A stretch of DNA of 64,000 nucleotides, taken from the NCBI GenBank assembly GCA_951406725.2, contig OX597834.1, positions 21,204,001 to 21,268,000 on the forward strand. Direction: 5' to 3'. Shown here one piece after another: positions 54,829 to 64,000 of the stretch. A program made the translations under genes and the position numbers. The stretch comes from Octopus vulgaris (Eukaryota). Positions within the stretch are counted from its first letter, which is position 1; the number at the start of each line of letters is the position of its first letter. The notes below the pieces were generated by a model. It was not told the DNA's origin, did not search any database, and saw only the letters and a list, made by a program, of their open reading frames with translations.

Positions 54829-55756
54829 GGTTTTGTTGAATTTTCTGCTGCTTTTAAATAAAGTATATATATATATATATATAAATTGAGATAGGGGTTG
54901 CAAATTCAACCCTCCATGGGATAACATATATCCAATATACTTATCTGCATGGCCGAAACAGCTGTAAGATATAGTGTATATTTATATTTATATCTATTTA
55001 TATTTATTTATTTATATCCTCTTATAATGATTGTACCTATGGTATTGTATTACTCATTCGTGTACACTGTTTTGTTATATATCTTTATGTTTAACCTTAA
55101 TGTTCTTATGTAGTGGTTTAATAAAGTATGTGATTGGGTATTATCTGGTAGTTGATAAATGATTTAGATGTATTTCTCCATTTTCTTATTTTGGCAACTT
55201 AATTGTTCTTAACACTGCGAGAACCTCTCACAAATATTTGGAAATGTCTTGATAAATACAAAAATAAGCTGAAACACATTCATGGTTCTAATACTTGTTT
55301 AAAAGAATAGCTGCTCTCTGTGTGTGTTTGCATGGTTGTATGTATGTTTGTCACTCTGCCTTACCAAGAATACATTTCTAAATGCCAATGTAGCCTTGTA
55401 TAACAATGTCTTTGAGTATCGTCTTCTGCTGATTTATTACCAATTAGAGCAATCGATAGTAATGGCTTTCAAAATAGCATTGTTGCTAATGAACAAATAA
55501 CAAACGAGTTCTCGTTAATTATACATACAGCTATACAAATAGAAATATAGATATGTTTATATATATGTATATATCATATATGCATATATATGTATCAGTG
55601 AGTCTGCATATGTATGTATATGTGTGTGTATATGTATGATTCTATTGTACATAATGGTATTATGAAATAAAGCAAAAATTAACATAACTGTATTTGTTTT
55701 AAAAGGCTATCAAGATACCTTCAGTGTAATTGTAATGCACACACACACGCACACAC

Positions 55757-55797
<41 letters not shown>

Positions 55798-56005
55798 TAC
55801 ACATGCTCTCTTTTTCTCTCTCACTCTCACAATATATATTTATACAATATTAATTATAATCTTTACAATCACACTATTTCAATTTTCTAACCATGAATTA
55901 TGATTAACCAAACCTAATTTATTCATTTTATTCTGCCATTATTCACTAACGAAAGCCATAATTTCTGTTCAACATTTTAACGTGCGTCGACATGTGTGTG
56001 TATGT

Positions 56006-56059
<54 letters not shown>

Positions 56060-56349
56060 ATGTGTGTGCTTGTCATATATATATAAAATATACATGTACA
56101 TGTATGTATGTACGTATATATATATATACACATGTACATATAAATATATATATATATTTACATGTACATATAAATATATATATATATATATGCATGTATA
56201 TATAAATGAACATATGTATGTGCTTGTATATATGTTAATGTATATATACACATGTATGTATATGTACCTATATATATGTATATATATGTACATAATATGC
56301 ATGGATATATATATATAAGTATATATTATGTATATCTATATGAGTGTGA

Positions 56350-56387
<38 letters not shown>

Positions 56388-56669
56388 ATGTATATATATA
56401 TATATACACACATATATATATATATATATATACACACACATACACTAATGCACACATGTTGTATATGTGTCCCCTCTGTGTCTGTTGGAATGGAATAACG
56501 GTTAACAGGAAATACTGACTGCTGCGACAAGGTTCCTTAACAACCGATATATTAACAACAGACTCTCCATCGCGATTTCCTTCTTTGATTCCTCAGCATC
56601 TGGAGTTCCTCTGCCATTTTGCCTGCTCTACCTTTCTTGGTAACTCTGCCGCCTTCACCATTCTCATCC

Positions 56670-57057
56670 CCTCATCATCATCATCATCGTAATTATCATC
56701 ATTACCATCGACGTCACTTTCGTTATTACTTCTGTTATCACCATGGCCACTACTACCACTGCCACCACTACTATTGTTATCATCACCACTATAACTACTA
56801 CTACTGCTGCTGCTGCTACTGCTGCTACTACTATTAGTATTATCATCATTATTATCAATATCAGTATCCTTACCAATATCACAACCACTACTGCTGCTTC
56901 TACTACTACTACTACTATTGCTACCACTATAACTGCCACTTCTATTACTTCTACTCATACATCTACTAATACTGCTACTACTACCACTACTGCTGCTGCT
57001 GCTATTATTACTATCATAACTATTATAAACTTCAATACCACCACCACCATCTACACA

Positions 57058-57090
<33 letters not shown>

Positions 57091-57570
57091 GCTGCTGCTG
57101 CTACAACTATTACTATCATAACTATTATAGACTCCACTACCACCACCACCATCTACACAACTACTACTACTACTGCTGCTGCTACTACTATCATCACTAT
57201 TATAAACTCCACTACCACCAACACCATTACCCCCACCACCATCACCACCACCATTTACACAACTGCTAGTACTACTATCAAGACTGCCATCACCACCGCA
57301 GCCAGAACAGCCTCTACCACCCTTACCACGACCCTCACTATCATCACCATTATCACTTCCGTTGCACCCACCATCGTGGCCACCCCACACTCGCTGCTAA
57401 CACCACCAATGCTATCACCCCAACAACTTTTTCTACTACCTCTGTCTCCAAGACTGTCATCACAACCACAACTGCCAATACCACTACCACCGTCTCTGTC
57501 ATCACCCCTAAACCCACCACCGTCATCATTACCTTCATCACCATTTTTACTGCCTCCACCACCGTTATCT
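56670..57570. repeat. Cryptic (ACT/ACC/GCT/CAT)n trinucleotide region
   Basis: Direct reading; gives a Thr-rich 312-aa pseudo-ORF. Confidence 0.9.
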
Positions 57571-57709
57571 TTACTTAGCGCCATGACCATTATGCTAATG
57601 AGAGAACATTCCTTTGTTTTAAAAAAACCAAACTCCAATTTATACAGAAAAAAACGGGTCTTAGAAATTTTGTTTGGTTAATCCTATTTCATTTGGGGTT
57701 TTATTATTC

Positions 57710-57922
57710 AGCAACCTGGCAGAATCGTTAGCACACCGGGCAAAGTGCTTACCGGTATTTTGTCTGTCGTTACATTCTGAGTTCAAATTCCACCGAGGTC
57801 AACTTTGCCTTTCGTCCTTCCAGGGGTTGATAAATTAAGTACCAGTGAAACACTGGGATTGGTGTAATCAACTAGTCCCCTCCCCTATCAAATTTCAGGC
57901 CTTGTGCCTATAGTAGAAAGGA
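57710..57922 (+). mobile_element. SINE family B ending in (TTA)n
   Basis: Family B match. Confidence 0.88.
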
Positions 57923-57969
57923 TTATTATTATTATTATTATTATTATTATGATTATTATTATTATCAGC

Positions 57970-58275
57970 ATCTTCTTTCAGTTGCATTTCCATTTCTTGC
58001 CAAGTGTCTTCCTGACACCTAGAGCAGAGAAACATACTGTGTACATTGGTAGTCCATTAAAAGAAACACACCAGATTGTTCGTTTACAGAGTCATGTGAG
58101 AGAGAAAAGGAGGAAGACAAGGAGAAAAAGGAAAAAATAAAAAAATAGAAAAGTAAACAAATAAAGTAGAAGGCGGGGAGGAAAATTCACAGCAGCAATG
58201 TTCTTCTCAGTATGTATGATGAACCAGTTAAGACAGTCTTTTGCACTTCCTACATGGATGGTAAGCCAGGGATCA
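57970..58275 (-). pseudogene. R4/Dong-like non-LTR retrotransposon 3' fragment
   Basis: Minus strand from 58273 reads IPGLPSM*EVQKTVLTGSSYILRRTLLL*, resembling the C-terminus of R4-clade ORFs; flanked by TAA repeats. Confidence 0.78.
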
Positions 58276-59607
58276 ACATGATTATCATCATCATTATTAT
58301 TATAAGTATTATTATTATTATTATTAAGGCAGTGAGCTGACAGAATCGTTGTCAAGGTGGGCAAAATGTTTCCGTTGAAGTACCAGTCAAGAACTGGGGA
58401 CGATGTAATCAACTAGTACTCATTGTAACATGGTCAGTATTAGTAAGGGCATTTAGCCATAGCAATCATTTCGAAGATGCATCTTACCAACTCCTGCCAA
58501 ACTGTCCAAGACATACCAGCCAGCATAGAAAATAGATATTAAATGATGATGATGATGATGATGTTCTATCTCTCTCTCTCACTAACTATACATGTGGTGA
58601 ATGAGAGCTCAACAAAGCATTGGTAGATAAATATTCTTTATATGTGCCTTAACTAGGCTACCAAGGGTTTCATGCAAAGGGATCTTCACAATTGTTCAAG
58701 ACGGATATACCCAGCCAAAACAGAGACATATACCAACACTTCCATGCAGTATGATTGAACAATTGTGAAAATCTCTTTGCATGAAACCATTGGTAGCCTT
58801 CTTAACCTACAAATATATATATATGCTGTTCTTAATTTTATTTTATTACCATTGCTCATACGTCATGTTTGATTTGTGTTTGCAGAACTATGTGCCTGTG
58901 TGTGTGTCATTCTGTGTGACTGTGTATGCTGAGATGTATATGCCTCTCTCTCTCTCTTTCTGTATGCATGCATTGATGTGTAATTTTGGAATATGTATAT
59001 GTGCCTCTGTTGGAACGTGTGTATGTTTGTGGGATTTCTGCAGTGCAAACAACAGAAGTTTTTTTCGATTTGTATTAGAATTATTCATCGTTAGCAAATA
59101 GTGTGGCAGTGAGTAAAATGACTTTAGTATGGAGTAACACATTCAACTTGCGAAGAACAAAGGGACCAGAAGTTATAATTCCGCTCCTCCTTTCCTGACA
59201 CCCACCTCTCCAACACACCAACCACTGACACTGCCTGCCACCCTCTCTCTCTCTCTCTCTCTCTTTTTCTCATATCTTTTACCCAGTCAATGACCCCCCC
59301 CCCTTCTATGGTTCCTGCTCCCATAATAGTCCCTTGAGGTAGGATGAAGGCATACTTATGGAATACTGAGTTCCTTTCAAAACTGGTCCCCACCATGCCA
59401 AAGGATTTTACCTCTTCACACACACACACACACACACACATGCATGCACACACACACACACACATGCATGCACACACACACACACACATTGCAAGCTCTT
59501 TTCAAACATCTTTTCTTCCCTCCTCTCTCTCTCTCTTTCTCTCTCTTTCTTTCTTTCTCTGTCTTCCTTTCTCTCTCTCTTTCTCTCTCTTTCTTTCCTT
59601 CTCTGTC

Positions 59608-59650
<43 letters not shown>

Positions 59651-59719
59651 ACCTCTTTGGCTCTATCTTTTTCTCTTTCGTTATCTCTCCTTCTCCCTGC
59701 TTCCATAATCCCTGACACA

Positions 59720-59974
59720 TTCTGAGCATGCACTCACACACATATGTGCATACATAGACACACACACACACACATGTACATACACACACTAACACACACA
59801 TGCATGCACACTCACACATGCACATACACACATGTGCATTCACACACTAACACACACGCATATACACACATGATCGAACTTACAATTACAACCACATATG
59901 TATACATGTACACACACACACTCTCAAACATTTGCATACACTTGTACATTACATACACACACACACATACACAC

Positions 59975-60005
<31 letters not shown>

Positions 60006-60432
60006 TGTATACACACATGCATGCACTCACATACACACATACTACACATATATACATGCGCACACATACATATATATGCACACACATATATACACACATA
60101 CACACACTCATATACACACATACACACACATATACACACATAAATACACTCACTCATATATACACACACATACACTCACTCATATATACACGCACATACA
60201 CACATGCTCACACATACACACATACTACACATATATACATGCACACACATACATTTATATACACGCACATGTATATACACACACACACTCATATACACAC
60301 ACATACATTTGCACACATACATTTGCACACATACATTTGCACACACACACATACATTTGCACATACATATACACACACATACATTTGCACACATTCACAC
60401 ACATACACATATATACACACACACACACACAC
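59720..60432. repeat. Cryptic (CA)n/(CATA)n region
   Basis: Direct reading. Confidence 0.92.
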
Positions 60433-60560
60433 AGAGTTCCCCTCACCCCTACAACAGCCACAATTAAAGAAATTCCAACACTTCTATGACAACGAAGCCA
60501 CTGTTATCCGTCCATTATCCCAGTGATTCCTTGTCAGGCAGAGTAAGAGAGTTTGTTTTA

Positions 60561-60616
60561 TGTATTTAAAAGTTTCGGATAGGAATCGGATCACATTTCA
60601 TATCTCGTCAAAGACA
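60561..60616 (-). ncRNA. Decayed hammerhead-like motif
   Basis: TGTCT-TTGACGA-GATA..TATC-c-GAAA-cttt-TA-aataca; same extra C before GAAA as 28430. Confidence 0.4.
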
Positions 60617-61054
60617 GACGACCTTCCCCACCCCCCAACCAAACTACTTGCCACCGCCACTCCCCCATCCCCACACATTTTCACACTTTTATCACCGTTC
60701 AACCACCCCACCCCACTCAGTGCCTCCACCCCTCACCCCCCACACACATTTGATACTTTGTCAAAGACACTGCAATTCATCACCAAGCTGTCACCCCCCC
60801 AACCCATTCCTTCCTCACACACATATTTAAACCCACCCATCCACCCACCCCCTCTACCACACCCATTTCATACCTCGTCACTGACAGACACCTTACCCTC
60901 ACTCAATCTCGGTTCAAACACACACACACACACACACACAGAGATTCCATACCTTGTTAAGACACCTATTTACCTACATCGAGCACCCCACACATCCACA
61001 TGAAGATTGAGCGAAGCCCTCAGCTTACAATGAATATAGTCACTGTACTTGTCA

Positions 61055-61617
61055 GTATCATCAGCATCATCATTATTTAACATCCGTTTTCCATGCTGGC
61101 ATGGGTTGGACAGTTTGACTGAGGACAGGCAAGCCAGGAGGCTGCACCAGGTTCCAATCTGATTTGGCATCCTGGTTCTGCATCAAGGCATACCTGGTAC
61201 TGCATCAGGTCATCCTGGTACTACATCAGGGCATCCTTTCGGGGTCAATAAATAAAGTACCAGTTTCACACTGGGGGCGAAATAATCGACACGATCCCTT
61301 CGACTTTCCTTGTTTGTCCCCTCTTTGTTTAGCCCCTTGTGGGCAGTAAAGAAATAAATATAATTATTATTATGATTATGATTATTATTATTATTATTAT
61401 TATTATGTAAGGTGGTGAGCTGGCAAAATTGTTAGCACACTGGACAAAATGCTCAACAGTATTTCACCGGTCACTGCATTCTAAGTTCAAATTCTGCCGA
61501 AGTCAGCTTTGCCTTTTATCCTTTCAGGGTCAATAAACTAAGTACCAGTTGAGCACTGAGGTTGATTTAATCAACTAGTCCCCCCTCCCCTTAGATTTCA
61601 GGCCTTGTGAAAGGATT
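61055..61617. mobile_element. SINE cluster: C tail(-) 61055-61168, three 21-22-bp repeats 61165-61233, B 3' part 61232-61355(+), B 61409-61617(+)
   Basis: Family matches; the short unit cctggtactgcat also ends the element at 61702-62285. Confidence 0.78.
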
Positions 61618-61624
61618 ATTTTCA

Positions 61625-61677
<53 letters not shown>

Positions 61678-61701
61678 ATTATTATTATGATTATTATTAT
61701 T

Positions 61702-62285
61702 GTGAGAGAGAGCAGTGCATGTCACCCGAGTGACACCTATATGAAACCCAGTATACTCATCATGACTACCCATCTGATAAGAGTACACGAAGCACATGCA
61801 TATGTGCGTGATATAGTGATCTCATATCAAAATAAACAGTGCATTATCTTGCAGGTGGGGCCCAGTTAGAATTTTCTTCTGGTGAAGTGGCCCATGCCAT
61901 TCAAAAGGTCCCTAAATAAGGGTTAAAGACATTGAACAAAATACCCATGTTTCCAGAAGTTAATTATAATAATATAATAATAATGAAATTATTGTATACA
62001 GTGCTCAGGTGCACTAAACCCCAAAGAATTCCTCTCAACACATGGCTATGATGTTCCCCCACTACTCCTGTTCATGATCAGAGATGCACTTAAGGCCACT
62101 AAGAGACATGCCACTAAGGGGCATGCTCAACTGGTTAGGGTCAAACAACTGACAAGCAAATCTGTGGTATTGAGCAGAATATTTGCTGTAGCCCATCTTT
62201 TATACCAGGACAAAACAATGTACATGATAACACTTCCAATCAGTTAAGATCAGAAGCCATGAGAGCCACTGCCTGGTACTGCATA
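61702..62285. mobile_element. About 580-bp non-coding element inserted in (TAA)n
   Basis: Sharp boundaries against TTA/TAG repeats; its terminus recurs at 61170-61233. Confidence 0.55.
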
Positions 62286-62295
62286 TTATGAGTAA

Positions 62296-62328
<33 letters not shown>

Positions 62329-62867
62329 GTATAATGAGCAGTGGGTTGGGTGAAGCATTAAGGGGTTGTAAAAACACCTTGCAGCATTTGTTCTGGCATT
62401 TTACATTCTGTGCCAAAGTCTCACTGAAGTCAACATTGCCTTTCATCAACAGAATAAAGTACCAGTCATGTACTGGGGTCGGCCGTATCAACTGACCCCA
62501 CCCCCACTACTCACACTTCATTTTCTTGTCTTGTATCTAAAATATAACCAATTATTTTAATTATTGTTTTTTATTTTCTTCATTGGCAAATTGGATGTTA
62601 AAAATAATGATGACAGTGATGATGATGATGATGATGAACAACAAGAATATTTTTGAATGAGTGTGTGTGTCCGTCCGTCCGTCTGTGTGTGTGTGTTTGT
62701 AAGTGTGTGTAAATTTTTTGTCAAACAAATTGCTGACTTGAAAGAAAAATCTGGAAGACCGTTTGGAAAATCTCAACAAGTTGAGAAGTAGCATTTGAAG
62801 AAGGCGTTGAGATTTCACCATTCTGAATTCTTTACATGCTGTTATATTTCTTATCACTATCGCAGCT

Positions 62868-63205
62868 GCCATCATCATCGTAATCATCACCATCATCACC
62901 ATTTTGATCATCATCATCATCATCATTACCATTTTTATTACCATCGTTCTTGCTATCACCTTACTCCTCATTATTAACAGTTTTCTTGCTATCATCATCA
63001 CCATCAACACCATCATCATCATCATCATCACCACCATTATCATCATAACCATCATCACCATCATCATTATAATCATCATCACCATCATCATCATCACCAC
63101 CATCATCATCATAACCACTACCATCATCATCATCATCACCACCATCATCATCATCGCCATCATCACCATCATCATCATCATTATCATCATAGCCATCATC
63201 ATCAT
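62868..63205. repeat. (CAT/CAC)n repeat
   Basis: Direct reading. Confidence 0.95.
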
Positions 63206-63217
63206 TGTTGTCGTCAA

Positions 63218-63422
63218 GGTGGCTACATAAGCAGGATCATTAGCATAGTATACAAAAAGGTTCAGTGGCATTCTTTACATTTTGAGTTCAAATACTGCTT
63301 CAGGTTGACTTTGCCTTTCGTCCTTTCAGAGTCGATAAGATAAATACCAGTTGCATACTGGGGTCAATGTAATCAACTCGTCCCCTCTCCTTGAAATTGC
63401 TGACCTTGAGCCAAAATTTGAA
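63218..63422 (+). mobile_element. SINE family B
   Basis: Family B match. Confidence 0.8.
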
Positions 63423-63451
63423 ACTGTCATCATCATCATCATCATCATCAT

Positions 63452-63930
63452 CATTCTTTGCACTGTCTCTCTCCCCCACCTCTTCCACCTCCTCCTCCTC
63501 CTCCTCATTATCATCATTCTTTGCACTGTCACTCACTCCCACCTCTTCTTCCTCATCCTCATCCTCATCATCTTCATTCTTTGCACTGTCTCTCTCTCCC
63601 CCACCTCTTCCTCCTCGTCCTCCTCCTCATCATCATCATCATCATTCTTTGCACTGTCTCTCTCCCCCACCTCTTCCTCCTCGTCCTCCTCCTCCTCGTC
63701 ATTATTCTTTGCACTGTCTCTCTCCCCCACCTCTTCCTCCTCCTCCTCCTCATCATTATTCCTTTCACTGTCTCTCTCCCCCACCTCTTCCTCCTCCTCC
63801 TCCTCATCATCATTATTCCTTTCACTGTCTCTCTCCCCCACCTCTTCCTCCTCCTCATCATCATTCTTTGCACTGTCTCTCTCCCCCACCTCTTCCTCCT
63901 CCTCCTCCTCCTCATCATCATCATCATCAT
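63452..63930. repeat. Minisatellite of 8 units (about 50-67 bp) with variable internal (CCT)n(CAT)n
   Basis: attctttgcactgtctctctcccccacctcttcctcc recurs 8 times. Confidence 0.93.
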
Positions 63931-64000
63931 GATCATCATCACCATCATCATCAACATTCTCGCAATAAGTTTATCTTTCAAATTTATCTGTTTTGTTTTT

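Larger units (their letters stand above)
54631..54863. mobile_element. Fold-back element in (TA)n with about 77-bp inverted arms, resembling an inverted Penelope-like pseudo-LTR
   Basis: 54704-54780 is the reverse complement of 54787-54863; the left copy has an extra tail; hammerhead motif in each arm. Confidence 0.85.

Noticed and set aside
56597-56639. Possible 43-nt micro-exon (ttcctcAG ... GTAACT)
   Set aside because: Weak donor, not frame-preserving, and no neighbouring exons
56743-57681. 312-aa Thr-rich mucin-like ORF and overlapping 265-aa minus ORF
   Set aside because: Cryptic trinucleotide repeat open in several frames on both strands; no domain or convincing splice context
59340-59392. 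Possible hammerhead remnant (ggatgaagg..aaaactggtcccc)
   Set aside because: Both core boxes are altered and stem II is unclear; too degenerate to call

Overview
This is AT-rich, microsatellite-saturated animal DNA. The repeat families and the TTAGGG telomere motif fit a coleoid cephalopod such as Octopus (inference, no search run). I find no supportable protein-coding exon: almost every ORF in the track is translated microsatellite or SINE, so the window looks like the inside of a very long intron or intergenic region. It holds dozens of SINE copies from at least four families, decayed RTE, R4/Dong-like and other LINE fragments, MITEs (hAT-, piggyBac-, mariner- and Merlin-like, one carrying telomeric repeats) and tandem arrays. 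Two signals stand out. First, many minimal type-I hammerhead-ribozyme motifs sit in short elements inserted in (TA)n/(CA)n tracts, several as fold-back pairs, with a recurrent non-canonical CCGANGA core and stem-II covariation; this suggests Penelope-like or retrozyme-like elements. Second, a tandem AG|GT recursive-splice-site motif lies at 30630-30696 on the + strand. Boundaries of decayed repeats are approximate.
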